Shown here: piece by piece, positions 47,324 to 58,399 of the stretch
Position numbering within the stretch: position 1 is the stretch's first letter
Layout: every line of letters starts with the position of its first letter
Virus record (IMG/VR): IMGVR_UViG_3300027688_000004
DNA: 64,000 bases
Origin: an uncultured virus (IMG/VR IMGVR_UViG_3300027688_000004)
Taxonomy: Duplodnaviria; Heunggongvirae; Uroviricota; Caudoviricetes
Direction: 5' to 3' (one strand)
Made by a program: the position numbers and the translations under genes
The notes under the pieces: model-generated
What the model was told of the DNA's origin: nothing
Databases searched by the model: none
Seen by the model: the letters and a program-made list of their open reading frames with translations, nothing else

Positions 47324-50093
47324 TGTGCTGGAAGGCGCGGGTAATCTCCTAGATCTCCCCGGCAGCTCTGTGCGAGATCTGCTGAGCGGTCAAGATCCAT
47401 GGGATCAGTGGTCCACCCCTTTCCAAGGAAAGAACCGGGCCACTGGTCGTGATGTGCTGCAACCTTTTCTAGGGGCCAATGAAGAGACGGGTATGTCCGG
47501 CTGGCTGGACAACCCGATGGAGGGGTTGAAAGACATCGCCGGGTTTGGTGTGGAAGTAGTGGCAGACCCGCTGAACCTGATCCCGGCAAGCTGGTTTACG
47601 AAGGCACTCAAAGGCCGCAAGTCGGCAGCGGCTGTCAATAAAGCGATCGATGCTGTAGCGGCGTCACCAGATCGAGCACGCCTCGCGGGCGAGATGGCGA
47701 AGGGCTTCGGGAAGTCATCCGACCCCACGATGAAACTCCTTGATGCGTTCGTTCTGCGGAACAAACTGAAACCGGAGGACGTTTACGGCAAAATCTCAGT
47801 CGGTGGACAGATTGACAATCCGATGTCTCCTGCCGGTAATCAACTTCTACAGCCTGTCTACCACGGCACACCCCACGATTTCGTATCGGAGCCGGGTTTC
47901 CCAAAAGGCCGACCTCGGCTTGATAAAGTTGGGACTGGGGAGGGGGCACAGATCCGGGGCAGAGGTATTTACTTTGCAGAGGCAAGTGAGTTGGGAGATA
48001 AATACCGCAGAGGTGTAGCGGTGAGCCAACTTCGCAATAAGATGTTTGATCTGTATGACGAAGGGGACGCTCCGTTCGCCATCACACAAGTTATGGAACA
48101 TCTTGACAACTTCACCTCTTCGGAGCAGAAACTGTTGAAGAGCCTTGATGAGCACGACTGGCTGGGGTTTGATTACCCTCATCAAGCTGTTAAGGAGGCT
48201 TTCAGCAGCAAAGCGAAGGACCGGTACGGTGACATTGAAGGGCTCCTTGATGTAGTTAAAGAACATGGGAACAAGTACAAGCTGGATCTGCCGGATGAAG
48301 ACATCCCACGGATGCTTGACCACGATGCGTGGCTTGATCAACAGCCGGAGCATGTGACAAATGCTCTTACCAAACTAGCTGATTCACCGGAGGTCACGCC
48401 TTTCATTGACAAACAGAAGCGGTTGCAGGAAGAACTGTCCCGGCTAAACGACACCCCCGGTTTTAGGTTTAGTTCGGCGGACGGGAATTTGGGTTGGGTA
48501 GTACAGGAGAGGAAAAGGCTCAACGAGGCCCTGCGTGCAAATCGCGACACTGCGTCGTCACAGGTACGAGCGGGGGAACAAATACGTACCCTGCTCGACT
48601 GGAAACCAAACAACAGCTGGTCAGGGTCAAACACGGCAAAGGGAAAAACAGTCACTGACAAACTGGAGGAGGCGATTGGTCCAGAGGAAACCGCGAGAGT
48701 TCTGAGGGAAGCGGGCATCCCAGGTGCGGTATTCAAAGATGCTGCTTCTCGGAATGCAAACCCCATGCAGCAGCTAATTGCGGGTAAGATCATACCTGAC
48801 ACCCTGAACTACGCCGTATGGGATCAGGAGGTCCTGGACAGGATGAAGATGTTGGGGAACCGGGATGTTCTGTACCAGAACCCGACAGAGTCAAGTGCCT
48901 CCATAAAGGCTGCTGCGATCACAAAAGGACGAGACGCTGCCCTTGTGGATGCTACCCGCAAATGGCAGGAGGGTTTGATCACTAAGGCCGAGCGTGACGA
49001 TATCATCGATAGGTACAAACCGGTTTCGCCGTACAAATCAGCCCCTGTGCCGGTGACCACTGAGGAAGTGTTTGCCATTAACACAAACAAAATCAAGGAA
49101 GGGTGGGGTGCGCACGAAAAAGTAGTCAAGGATGGTGACCAAGTTGGGCTTCGCCTTGACATCCCTTCATACACAAACCACAAGCAGTGGATAAACAGTA
49201 TCCACTACAGCACCTCTGGCAAAGCAAGGGTTGCATACGGGGCTGTTTCACGGGTTGAAAACGCAACATTCAAAGTACCTCTGAATAAGGCGATGGGGGT
49301 TGCTTCCGATACCCAGAACAAGAGTCCATTCGCCACAATCGATGGTGAGTGGAAAGGTATACTACCGGAAGAGGCTCATGCAAAACTGAAGGATATTGTT
49401 GAGAACCCTGAAGCCAACCCTGAGTGGCGTCAAGTCGGTATGGACCCGGAGAGGCACGCTTACTTCTATGACAGAGAGAATCATCGGATTCAGTACACAT
49501 CAGCAGACGAAGTAATTCAGGTTGGCCCACTGGTGGTTGCTAAAAACCCTGTCGCCGCTGCCGCTGATGACACGAATGTTCTGTTCCAAGGGGAGAACCC
49601 AGGCCAGCCTCTCTACCAAAAGCAACGCGGCATGGTGTCCTTCGGGGATCAGGGCAAGGCTTTGATCAACCCTATTGATCCCGACTTCTCTACAGCCCCT
49701 CACGAGGTGTCTCACGTCCTGCGGAGGATGCTGCAAGGAGAATCTGCGGACAGAGCAGCGGATGTCTTTGGGGGAGCTAAAGAGGGGCGGTGGTCCCGCG
49801 AAGCGGAAGAGAGTTTTGCACAGGGAGCAGAAGGGTATCTGCAGACAGCGAGCACTAAGAGCCCGGCCATGCAGCAGACCATGCAGCAGATGAACCAAGG
49901 GATGTCTCAGGTGTATGACAACCCAATGCCCGTTCGCGACGGCGGGACAGAATTCTTTGAGAAGGTCTTCGGTATCACTGCAACATCCTCCCCACTAGAT
50001 AAGGCCGTGCCGCCAGGGCTGGCGAAATCCCTCGGATACGGTGCGGCGTACAACGTACTCACCCGCTTCTTGTCAAACGGGGGAGCGTTATGA
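47307..50093 (+). CDS. Polyvalent protein (ART-like domain plus zincin-like metallopeptidase)
   Basis: YHGTPHDF...GTGEGAQ..G.GIYFAE...NYAVWD; STAPHEVSH...EESFA. Confidence 0.7.
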   Translation: MANLFDVLEGAGNLLDLPGSSVRDLLSGQDPWDQWSTPFQGKNRATGRDVLQPFLGANEETGMSGWLDNPMEGLKDIAGFGVEVVADPLNLIPASWFTKALKGRKSAAAVNKAIDAVAASPDRARLAGEMAKGFGKSSDPTMKLLDAFVLRNKLKPEDVYGKISVGGQIDNPMSPAGNQLLQPVYHGTPHDFVSEPGFPKGRPRLDKVGTGEGAQIRGRGIYFAEASELGDKYRRGVAVSQLRNKMFDLYDEGDAPFAITQVMEHLDNFTSSEQKLLKSLDEHDWLGFDYPHQAVKEAFSSKAKDRYGDIEGLLDVVKEHGNKYKLDLPDEDIPRMLDHDAWLDQQPEHVTNALTKLADSPEVTPFIDKQKRLQEELSRLNDTPGFRFSSADGNLGWVVQERKRLNEALRANRDTASSQVRAGEQIRTLLDWKPNNSWSGSNTAKGKTVTDKLEEAIGPEETARVLREAGIPGAVFKDAASRNANPMQQLIAGKIIPDTLNYAVWDQEVLDRMKMLGNRDVLYQNPTESSASIKAAAITKGRDAALVDATRKWQEGLITKAERDDIIDRYKPVSPYKSAPVPVTTEEVFAINTNKIKEGWGAHEKVVKDGDQVGLRLDIPSYTNHKQWINSIHYSTSGKARVAYGAVSRVENATFKVPLNKAMGVASDTQNKSPFATIDGEWKGILPEEAHAKLKDIVENPEANPEWRQVGMDPERHAYFYDRENHRIQYTSADEVIQVGPLVVAKNPVAAAADDTNVLFQGENPGQPLYQKQRGMVSFGDQGKALINPIDPDFSTAPHEVSHVLRRMLQGESADRAADVFGGAKEGRWSREAEESFAQGAEGYLQTASTKSPAMQQTMQQMNQGMSQVYDNPMPVRDGGTEFFEKVFGITATSSPLDKAVPPGLAKSLGYGAAYNVLTRFLSNGGAL

Positions 50094-51856
50094 CAGATAT
50101 CTCAGACCGACTTCGGGCCACACTCGTCGGCCGACGAGACCTGCAACAGGGTCTTGCCGCCGCTGCCAAAGTGGCCAAGCAGAAGCTGAACGCCATCGAT
50201 CTGTTCAGACCGACCGAGTATCAGGAGAAAGTCGTCCTGTGCAAGGCGACAGAAATCCTGGTACAGGGAGGTACGCGATCGGGGAAGTCCTTGATCGTGG
50301 CGGTGATGATTGCGTCCTACCTGCTCAACGTGCCAATCACGTTCGCAGACGGATCAAAGCATCACATGAGAGAGCTGTCGTGGCGGAAGAGAGCCACAGT
50401 CGTATGGCTCATCGGTCTGCAGTTGAATCACATCGGCCAGACCCTACATCGTCTGCTCTGCCGCGCAGGGGCCTTCGACATGGTCCGCGACAAGCAGACT
50501 GGCATGTGGCGGTCGTGGCAACCCGGACGTATCCCGGGTGATGAGCTTCTGTCAGAAGACGAACGGAAGCCAGCCCCACCGCTGATCCCACCCTCGGAGA
50601 TCATCGGAGAGACGTGGGAGAATAAAGCTGAGTTCAAGTTCACGTCTCTCACCATGAAAGACGGATCCATCTGTTACGGGTACGCCTCTTCCGGCGATGT
50701 CAAGCGTGGCGACCCTGTCAACATCATCTGGATCGACGAAGAAATCAAGTTCAGCTCGCACTACCCGGAGTGGCAGTCCCGTCTGTCGGACAGGAAGGGC
50801 AGGATCTACTGGACCTCCTGGCCAGATATGGAGACCCCCGCGCTGCTGACGTTATGGAAGCGAGCCTGCGAACAGAAGGACGAAGTCCTGCGTGGTATCA
50901 GGACCCATCAGGACGCAGAGAACTTCGTGTTCCGAGGATCCGACTCTCCGTTCATCGACGAGAACGAAAAGCGGAAACGAGCCGAAGGCTGGACAGACTC
51001 CCAGCGTCGGGCGCGAGACTTCGGGGAGTTCGTAACAGACACGATCCTCGCCTACCCCGAGTTCGACCGGAAGTATCACGCTGTAGACTATGGGCCGGAC
51101 AGTCCACTGAATGATAAAGTCACGGAGGTTATGCGGAAGATGCACTGGAACGTACCGGCCGACTGGTGCGTGGACCTAATCCTCGACCCAGGTACCTCTC
51201 GTCCTGCTCTACTCTGGGCGGCAATCCCTCCTAAGGAGTTCTGGGATGATGGGGAGCCTTACCATATTTTCTTCAGGGAAATGGCCATCCCAAGAATAGA
51301 CGCCCAACAGATGGCGATGCGAGCTAAGGCGGCTGATCCGGGCAGGCATTACATGCGTTTTATCGGGGACAGCAAGGCCGGAGACCAAACTCCGATGGGT
51401 TTTGCTTGGTCCGTATTCGAACAGTACAGCCGCGAGTTCAAGCAAGCAGGCTTGCGGTGCCAGCTTACCGGTGATATGTTTCTTCGAGGTGAGACTACGT
51501 GGGTCGTCCGATCTATGAAACTTCGGGCTCTTATGCGGGGTCGTCCGTGTGGGAGGCCGAGGCTCCGCGTCGTTGCGAACTCGTGTCCAACCCTTGTCCG
51601 ACAGCTCGAAGAGACCCTGAAGAAAGTCACTAAAGAAGACGTGCAGGATAAGCTGGCCGAAGGTCAGCAGCACGACGTACTTGATACTGCGGAGTATTAT
51701 GCTGGATTCGAACCAACCTTCCTGACCCCTCCCCCAAGACAACCCCCTATGGACCCGGGAATGGCAATGTTTCAGTCTGATCAAAAGACTCTTACAAACA
51801 TCTTCCGGCAGAACAAAGCACCAGAGAAAGGCCCTATTATTCTAGGGCTTCCATAA
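50090..51856 (+). CDS. terL: Terminase large subunit
   Basis: Walker A GGTRSGKS, Walker B WIDEE, nuclease ILDPG and HDVLD. Confidence 0.9.
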   Translation: MTDISDRLRATLVGRRDLQQGLAAAAKVAKQKLNAIDLFRPTEYQEKVVLCKATEILVQGGTRSGKSLIVAVMIASYLLNVPITFADGSKHHMRELSWRKRATVVWLIGLQLNHIGQTLHRLLCRAGAFDMVRDKQTGMWRSWQPGRIPGDELLSEDERKPAPPLIPPSEIIGETWENKAEFKFTSLTMKDGSICYGYASSGDVKRGDPVNIIWIDEEIKFSSHYPEWQSRLSDRKGRIYWTSWPDMETPALLTLWKRACEQKDEVLRGIRTHQDAENFVFRGSDSPFIDENEKRKRAEGWTDSQRRARDFGEFVTDTILAYPEFDRKYHAVDYGPDSPLNDKVTEVMRKMHWNVPADWCVDLILDPGTSRPALLWAAIPPKEFWDDGEPYHIFFREMAIPRIDAQQMAMRAKAADPGRHYMRFIGDSKAGDQTPMGFAWSVFEQYSREFKQAGLRCQLTGDMFLRGETTWVVRSMKLRALMRGRPCGRPRLRVVANSCPTLVRQLEETLKKVTKEDVQDKLAEGQQHDVLDTAEYYAGFEPTFLTPPPRQPPMDPGMAMFQSDQKTLTNIFRQNKAPEKGPIILGLP

Positions 51857-51874
51857 CCCCAGACAGGAGCACGT

Positions 51875-52177
51875 ATGAAGATTTCTGAGATCTGCCGAGA
51901 GGTCACTATTGACGGAATTACCGTCTCAGTATCAATTGGTGACACAGTGTGGTGGTTCATGGAGAACCAGCTCGACAACATCCCAGCAGTGGCGATCGTT
52001 ATTCAGTTCAGCGAGGACAACATGATCGACCTCGCAAGATACACTTCCCCCGGCAGCAGGCTGACAGCAGAGACAGGGGTTTGTCTACTCGACGACCCCC
52101 GACTATCGAACGCGAATTATCGCAAACGTGGATCATGGTGCCCTCGTGGCATGTGGTCTTCACTCAAGCTAAAGTAG
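51875..52177 (+). CDS. Hypothetical protein
   Basis: RBS AGGAG; between TerL and portal. Confidence 0.65.
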   Translation: MKISEICREVTIDGITVSVSIGDTVWWFMENQLDNIPAVAIVIQFSEDNMIDLARYTSPGSRLTAETGVCLLDDPRLSNANYRKRGSWCPRGMWSSLKLK

Positions 52178-52184
52178 GTAAGCG

Positions 52185-54374
52185 ATGCTTCCGACGACAG
52201 AGAACCTCCAGCAGTATCTGCTGGGGCCAATCATCAGCCAGTGGTACGCTCGCTTCACTTCTGCAGAGAAGTCGAAAGAGCGTTTCACGGTCATGGCAAA
52301 GCTGTGTCGTCAGTTTCTCGGAAGCTCAGCCAAGGCTATGTGGGAGGATTCGTTCCGTCGCGAGTTCTACCCCGCAATCGCGCAGCCTCAGTTCATGGTA
52401 AGCCTGAACAAAGCCTTCGAGTTAGTAGCCATCATCGGACCATCGCTCTACTGGCAGAACCCTAGTCGGGAAGTTAGGTCTACGGGGGTCCCCGATCAGT
52501 CTCGCATGGCACAACTCATGGGTGTCACCGAGGAGGATATGCTGAAGGAGATCCAGCAGCAGCAGGCCCAACAGGGGGAAGCCCTAGAGGTCCGCAACAG
52601 CCTCGCCACCCTCGTTATGGATTCCATAAGTAAGCAGCACCCCGGCGGTACTAAGATTGACAATGAGCTTGCGATCCAAGACGCCTTAGTTACAGGTCGG
52701 GGGTGCATGTGGACCGAGACATACTCTGACCGCGCGACCGGAGAAACTATGGTTGGGTCTTTCTATGACCCAGTCGATAATCTGCTCATAGATCCAGATG
52801 CGAAGGACCCTGCATGGCGGGACGTGAAGTGGATCTCTCGGACACATGTTGAACCGATCTGGGTCGTTGAGCGAAGGTTTGGGTATCCGCCGGGCTACCT
52901 CAAAGGTAAGGGCACTCATATCTCCTCAGAGTACATGGCGAAGCTGGAAGTCGAGGTCCGGGACGGGAACTCGATGTACCAAGACATGATCGAATGGAAA
53001 GAGGTCTGGTCAATCGGAGGCATTGGAGCGAGAGTCACCGGTGCCAACGCCCAGTTAGGACAGGCTCTTGACAGCCTTACCGGAGACTATTGCTATCTGG
53101 CACTCACCCGAAACCTGATGCACCCGCTTAACCTTCCGCCGCTGCTAATCTCAGAGGGGAGTCCAGATCAGATTCTGGAAGCTCTGATGTGGAGGACGGC
53201 CCGGTTCGGGAAGGTTTGCGAGCTGTGGCAGGACCGTCGCTGGCCAGTCGAGAAGCTGGACTTCTACCCGGTGGTCGGGTCATGCTGGCCAATGGCCGTG
53301 CTCGGCCCAGGGATCGGCAGTCTCCTCGCGATGAACATCCTGTTAGTCTCCCAGCTTACAATGAGCTGGGACAGGCGCAGAGACATCATCGCGGTCAATG
53401 GTGCGTACGCAGACGAAGTGGAGTCTGCAATCAAAGGGGAAGGCAACCCAGCCGTCCTGAAGATCAACAGTGCGTCAAACATGTCGATCACCGAGATCGT
53501 GGCATTCGTTCAGCGTCCAGAGGTACAGGGGAACCTCTTGGAATGGATCCAGTATCTGGACAGCCAGTTCAAGATGGCGACGGGGTTGGACGACATCCAC
53601 TACGGTATCAGTCGGACACAGTCCCGAGTGAGCGGGGATGTCCAATCGAAGACCGCAGCGGCTAGTGTTAGGCCAGAGAAGATGGCGACCGACGTTCACG
53701 AGTTTGTGGTAAACTGCGGGAAGAAAGAGCTATGGCTTGCAGCCATGTACATCGAGGGCCAGCAACTGCAGTACCTCCTTGGAGACTGGGGCGCGGCAGC
53801 ATGGGATACTATGCTCGGGTCAATGCCGTTCACGCAGCTCTGCCGAGAGATGGACATCACCATCGAGGCGACAGACTTACGTCGGCCAAACCGAGATAAG
53901 GACATGGCGGATCTGGAACGACTGGTCCAGTTCTACATCCCGTCTGTCACGCAGTACTCGCTCACAACCGGGGATGAGAAGCCGTTCAATGCCTTCCTGC
54001 ACAAGTTCGCGACAGCGATGCAGATGACTAACCCTGAGGATCTATACTTCGGGCCATGGCATCCGATGCCGGATCAAACAGCAATTCAGATGCAACAGGA
54101 AGCACAGCAGGTTGACATTGCCAAGACTCAGGCGGATACCGAAGAAGTCAAGGCGAAGACTGTGGCTCGACTGGTGGACGCTCAGTACAAACAGCAGGGA
54201 GCCACGGCACCAGCGATGCAGAAGTTGAAATGGAATGACATATTCAATCAGCAAAAACTGAAGATGCAGGATGAAGCTCACCTTCAGAATCTAGTATTCC
54301 TGCAGGAGCAGCAGGACATCAAAGAGGAAGCAGCGCGGGCTGCGATCAAGACAAAGCCAAAGGCGAAGAAATGA
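52185..54374 (+). CDS. Portal protein
   Basis: DALVTGRG, LLIDPDA motifs; Gln-rich C-terminal coiled-coil; position. Confidence 0.8.
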   Translation: MLPTTENLQQYLLGPIISQWYARFTSAEKSKERFTVMAKLCRQFLGSSAKAMWEDSFRREFYPAIAQPQFMVSLNKAFELVAIIGPSLYWQNPSREVRSTGVPDQSRMAQLMGVTEEDMLKEIQQQQAQQGEALEVRNSLATLVMDSISKQHPGGTKIDNELAIQDALVTGRGCMWTETYSDRATGETMVGSFYDPVDNLLIDPDAKDPAWRDVKWISRTHVEPIWVVERRFGYPPGYLKGKGTHISSEYMAKLEVEVRDGNSMYQDMIEWKEVWSIGGIGARVTGANAQLGQALDSLTGDYCYLALTRNLMHPLNLPPLLISEGSPDQILEALMWRTARFGKVCELWQDRRWPVEKLDFYPVVGSCWPMAVLGPGIGSLLAMNILLVSQLTMSWDRRRDIIAVNGAYADEVESAIKGEGNPAVLKINSASNMSITEIVAFVQRPEVQGNLLEWIQYLDSQFKMATGLDDIHYGISRTQSRVSGDVQSKTAAASVRPEKMATDVHEFVVNCGKKELWLAAMYIEGQQLQYLLGDWGAAAWDTMLGSMPFTQLCREMDITIEATDLRRPNRDKDMADLERLVQFYIPSVTQYSLTTGDEKPFNAFLHKFATAMQMTNPEDLYFGPWHPMPDQTAIQMQQEAQQVDIAKTQADTEEVKAKTVARLVDAQYKQQGATAPAMQKLKWNDIFNQQKLKMQDEAHLQNLVFLQEQQDIKEEAARAAIKTKPKAKK

Positions 54375-55036
54375 ATCGGTTCCCCAGACTGAGAGACGAG
54401 TTGGAGTGGGATGCAGTGCAGCAGGCAGGTCCGGCTGCGGTGGAATCCTTTGAGAAGATGATTGCACAGGGAGAGTCAGTCTCTTTGGCTGCTCAATTTG
54501 CTACCCGCAGACCACCGAGCGGGGGGTACGATGAACAGCTTGTGCAGAGGAATACGAAGAGTGTGACGGAGCAGTTCAAAGGGTGCGGTACGATGCTTGA
54601 CCTGTACCGGAAGAACTACAAAGCTCAGACAGGGGAGAACCTGCCGGAGGATGCGGTGGTCTATCGCAGCCTTGCTAAGTACCCGGGAGACCCCGGATGT
54701 ATCGTGACTCACAAGCAGAGCTTGTCTGACGTGAAGAAGATTATGAAGGAGCGGAACGAACAGGTCGAAGGGGACTGGGAGAACCATCCGATTTCGGAAG
54801 CTCCTCAGCCGCAAGTGGTGCGGATGAATGAGAACGTGATGGCTCGGTATAAAGCTGAGTACAAAATGGAGTCAGAGGAGTACGCGAAGCTGGATGAACG
54901 GGAACTCGAAGAACACATCATCGACACTCACACCTCACTCGTGACTGCGGATGATGCGATGAACGCCCCAACGTCAGAGGAGCAGGTCAATAAAGCCACC
55001 TTCGGTGGGCGGGATGCAATCAGAGGAATGTCATGA
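54371..55036 (+). CDS. Hypothetical protein
   Basis: Coupled to the portal gene and the next gene. Confidence 0.65.
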   Translation: MNRFPRLRDELEWDAVQQAGPAAVESFEKMIAQGESVSLAAQFATRRPPSGGYDEQLVQRNTKSVTEQFKGCGTMLDLYRKNYKAQTGENLPEDAVVYRSLAKYPGDPGCIVTHKQSLSDVKKIMKERNEQVEGDWENHPISEAPQPQVVRMNENVMARYKAEYKMESEEYAKLDERELEEHIIDTHTSLVTADDAMNAPTSEEQVNKATFGGRDAIRGMS

Positions 55037-56184
55037 TCACAGTCGCAGATATGATGAGTCACATCGCCGTTCAGCTCAATGCCGTACTCGGCGGTTTTCT
55101 GGAAGGGAAGGTACGCACATCTGTACTTTCTGCATGGGGTCGGCTGTTGAGTATGCACGAATGGGCGTACTTCCACCGGATGGGCACCCTCATCACGTTT
55201 GCGGGAGAAACCACGGGGACCATTGTCTTCAATTACGCCGCGAAAACTGTGACCCTGACCGGGGCTACTTGGCCTACCGATGCAATCAACATGCACATCC
55301 GTCTGGACTTCAACTGGTATCCGATCTACAAGCGGACGAGTAACACTGTACTGGAGCTGTTTGACGGTAAGACGCCGGAAGTGGACCTGACGGGCGAAGC
55401 GTTCGTCATCCAGCAGATCCTCTATCCCCTCCCCTATGATGTAGGCGATATTGTACAGGCATTGGAGGGTCAGCAGAACCTGCAGCTCATGCGGCTCAAT
55501 CTGATGGAGGCCCACCAGGTTCAGGAGGGTTTCGCTTGGTCACCAACCCTCCCATCGTGCTACGCGCTGGTGGCGGACTCGGCAAACCCTTCTCGTTGGA
55601 ATATGTGGCTTCCAACAGTACAGACTTTGGACACCGTCCTGCAGTATCTGTACGTCGCGAGGAAGCCGACCTTCACGCTCGCCCGGGAGTCACGCGGCAC
55701 CGTCTCAGTATCCGCAGGAGTTGCGACCTTCAGCGACACCGTTGTAAACTCTCTGTGGGATGGTGCTGTCCTTCGGGTAGCAAAGGATGACACCTCCAGC
55801 CCTACTGGAGAATTCGGGGATGTCCCTGTCAACGATCTCCTGTACGACCGGGATTGCTACGAGATGCGGGTTGTGAAGTGGCTTACGAGTACGACTTGCC
55901 GCGTGAGTGATCTTACCGTCAACCAGACAAGTGTATCATACACTGCGTCATCTCTGATCGACGTGAGCGACGGGGCGATGACAGTCCTTCTGCAACGCCT
56001 TTGTGAAGACGAGTATGGTGCGAAAATGGTTGGCAATCATACTGAACGGTTGGTTAGCCAGTCTCGGCTGTCACAGGCATTCAACGACGCAAAAGCATCG
56101 GACGGTCGCTACGTTCGAAACAAAGGTCCAGCGGCTCAATGGTACGGACTCCGACTCAAAGATGTCGGATACGTCACCCCCTGA
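55033..56184 (+). CDS. Head-tail adaptor (putative)
   Basis: Helical N-terminus with W.YF and YPLPxD motifs; position. Confidence 0.55.
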   Translation: MITVADMMSHIAVQLNAVLGGFLEGKVRTSVLSAWGRLLSMHEWAYFHRMGTLITFAGETTGTIVFNYAAKTVTLTGATWPTDAINMHIRLDFNWYPIYKRTSNTVLELFDGKTPEVDLTGEAFVIQQILYPLPYDVGDIVQALEGQQNLQLMRLNLMEAHQVQEGFAWSPTLPSCYALVADSANPSRWNMWLPTVQTLDTVLQYLYVARKPTFTLARESRGTVSVSAGVATFSDTVVNSLWDGAVLRVAKDDTSSPTGEFGDVPVNDLLYDRDCYEMRVVKWLTSTTCRVSDLTVNQTSVSYTASSLIDVSDGAMTVLLQRLCEDEYGAKMVGNHTERLVSQSRLSQAFNDAKASDGRYVRNKGPAAQWYGLRLKDVGYVTP

Positions 56185-56192
56185 GGTTATAG

Positions 56193-56723
56193 ATGGCTAA
56201 CCCTGAATGGAACATCCTCAACCGGACGTACACTATCGTCCGCGATATGGCGGCAAACCAAGAACTGGTCGCCTCGGCCGGGGAGAGGGTACGCTCCGTT
56301 CTGCCCAGTGCAGTCCGAGTCTGGAGAGCAGTTGAGGGAGGGGAGTTGAAACGCTCAGCGGACGGTCTGCAGAATATGATCATGCCGGGTATCGCGATAA
56401 CCCTCCTTCCAGTAAGCTCCACCCTCGGGGCAGGGTTGAACTGTGCAGATGACGAAGTCCAACAGATTGCCATCCAGATTATGGACTCTACCCCTCATCA
56501 ACACGAAGGCCCGATTCGCACCTATACCAACTGGATGAATCTCATCCGGCTCAAGTTTACAACAGTCCCTAACCCATTCCTTCAGGACGCTGACCCAGCG
56601 ACGTACGACCCGTACGTTGTCCATCCGTTAAAACGACTGCCCGCAGAAGCCCAGAGTCTGGTACGGCACGAACAACAGGTTTCAATGTTCACCTTCCAAG
56701 TGATGGTAAGACATCACAGATAG
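56193..56723 (+). CDS. Tail completion/terminator-like protein (putative)
   Basis: Size and position before the tube-like gene. Confidence 0.4.
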   Translation: MANPEWNILNRTYTIVRDMAANQELVASAGERVRSVLPSAVRVWRAVEGGELKRSADGLQNMIMPGIAITLLPVSSTLGAGLNCADDEVQQIAIQIMDSTPHQHEGPIRTYTNWMNLIRLKFTTVPNPFLQDADPATYDPYVVHPLKRLPAEAQSLVRHEQQVSMFTFQVMVRHHR

Positions 56724-56732
56724 GCTTGTATC

Positions 56733-57596
56733 ATGGCAATCAGCGTACCAGTAAATGCCCGTATGATGGTGGGCGGAGCGAAGTACTGCTTCGCTAAGTT
56801 CCTCGATCAGAGTAAGTATGAACGTGTACAGAACCCTGACGCGATTTGCGGAAACAGAGACCCACTGATTGAACGGACCTCGCCGGGTCGGAGAAAGATC
56901 CAGTTCACTACCTTCCACGACCTTACCGCTCCCGTGATTGCACTGCTACTCCCGCTGGCCGGAACAACGCTTGCTTCAGGGACATACACCGCCAACCAGA
57001 CCGTCACGCCTGTCGAGATCATCATCGATAAAGTCGGGGCGATACATAAGTACACGAACGCCCGCATGGCCCGTATGATAATTCGGGGGCAAGTGGGAAC
57101 GCTGCCGATCTCAGCGGAGTGTACCTGGATCGCGGAGGATGAAATCCAAGACAACGCCGCGGTGTTTTCGGAGGGGGCGGTGGACTTCATCTTCGCGTTC
57201 CCAGGGACCACTCACAAGATCGCGACTGTCCTGAAGAACCTAGACCGTTTCGCGTTTGTTATCGACAATAAGCTCATCCCCTCCTGGAATGCGGCCTTCA
57301 CCGTGACGGATGTGGGGCAGGGCCCTCGACAGACGCTGCTTGCTACTAGCATCCCATACACTACCGCGTATAAGGATGACTTCTGGAATTACCGGGACGT
57401 TACGACCGGCACCGCCCTTGAGTTAAAGATTGTGAACAGCTTAGACAGTATGACCATCAACATCCCAAAAGGGGTAGTGAACCCCGAGTCTCCGTCGATC
57501 GAGGGGGCACTGGAGGAGATCCGGCTCCCGCTGACGTGGGAGGCACACCGCCAGTCGGCCACAGAGGCTTTTAACATTGTAGTGGTAAACGCATGA
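56733..57596 (+). CDS. Tail tube-like protein (putative)
   Basis: 287 aa, beta-rich; position. Confidence 0.55.
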   Translation: MAISVPVNARMMVGGAKYCFAKFLDQSKYERVQNPDAICGNRDPLIERTSPGRRKIQFTTFHDLTAPVIALLLPLAGTTLASGTYTANQTVTPVEIIIDKVGAIHKYTNARMARMIIRGQVGTLPISAECTWIAEDEIQDNAAVFSEGAVDFIFAFPGTTHKIATVLKNLDRFAFVIDNKLIPSWNAAFTVTDVGQGPRQTLLATSIPYTTAYKDDFWNYRDVTTGTALELKIVNSLDSMTINIPKGVVNPESPSIEGALEEIRLPLTWEAHRQSATEAFNIVVVNA

Positions 57597-58399
57597 TACC
57601 TGCTGACCTTGATGATGGCTTCACTGTTGAGATGCCCTCGGGCCTGTTCTGCCGCCCAATGCTTTGGGGAGACAGACAGGCCCTGCGAGACGATATTGTG
57701 GATATGCCGCATCGCTCGGTACAGAGAGTTCTCTCTCCGCCCTACACGATGGGGCGGGTTGCGGAGGGGAACGAGCGGGCTGCTATCCAGCAAGTGTTGG
57801 GGTACACCGTGACAGAAGAGAATCGAGACTTTCAGGCTCTGTCGGATTCAGCAGACATACACGTCCGGCTGAATACGGGGATGAGCCTTCTCAACTGCAG
57901 TCAGTGCAAGGCGGTTTCGGTAGACCACCGGGACGGGTCAGTATATGACGGGGCAAGCGGGAGGCCGACCGCTCTCCCTCCGGGGACCTTAGTCCCGTGT
58001 GAGACCCACCAAGGGTGCATTAAAGGCCACCACTCCGCCCCCCTCGGGCTGTCAAACCCAAGGTGGGCCAAGACTTGGTCACATTACTGGAAGTACAGAG
58101 ACTCTCGACAATTCGCACTAAGCAGTGACCCAATCTTTCGTAGGAACCGGGTACTTTTGGATTGGATAATTGATTATGGACGAGATCTCAGATTTGATCC
58201 GTTTATTGGCGGAGGCACCGGCGGAAGAAGCCCCGATGTTTCGGCCGAAGGAGTTCTTGGACAGGCTGGCGTTAGAGAAGGTAGCACAGGAGGGGATCCG
58301 CCCGGAAGGACCTGCCGTACCAGACGCGGATGCAAAATCAAACGAGTCCCTGACAGGGACGCCCTCGAAGTTCAATCTATCCCCGCCGGGGGAGCATAA
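57593..58399 (+). CDS. Tail assembly chaperone-position protein with Cys motifs
   Basis: CSQC...PC...GC; follows the tube gene; C-terminus overlaps the next ORF by ~220 nt. Confidence 0.5.
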   Translation: MIPADLDDGFTVEMPSGLFCRPMLWGDRQALRDDIVDMPHRSVQRVLSPPYTMGRVAEGNERAAIQQVLGYTVTEENRDFQALSDSADIHVRLNTGMSLLNCSQCKAVSVDHRDGSVYDGASGRPTALPPGTLVPCETHQGCIKGHHSAPLGLSNPRWAKTWSHYWKYRDSRQFALSSDPIFRRNRVLLDWIIDYGRDLRFDPFIGGGTGGRSPDVSAEGVLGQAGVREGSTGGDPPGRTCRTRRGCKIKRVPDRDALEVQSIPAGGA

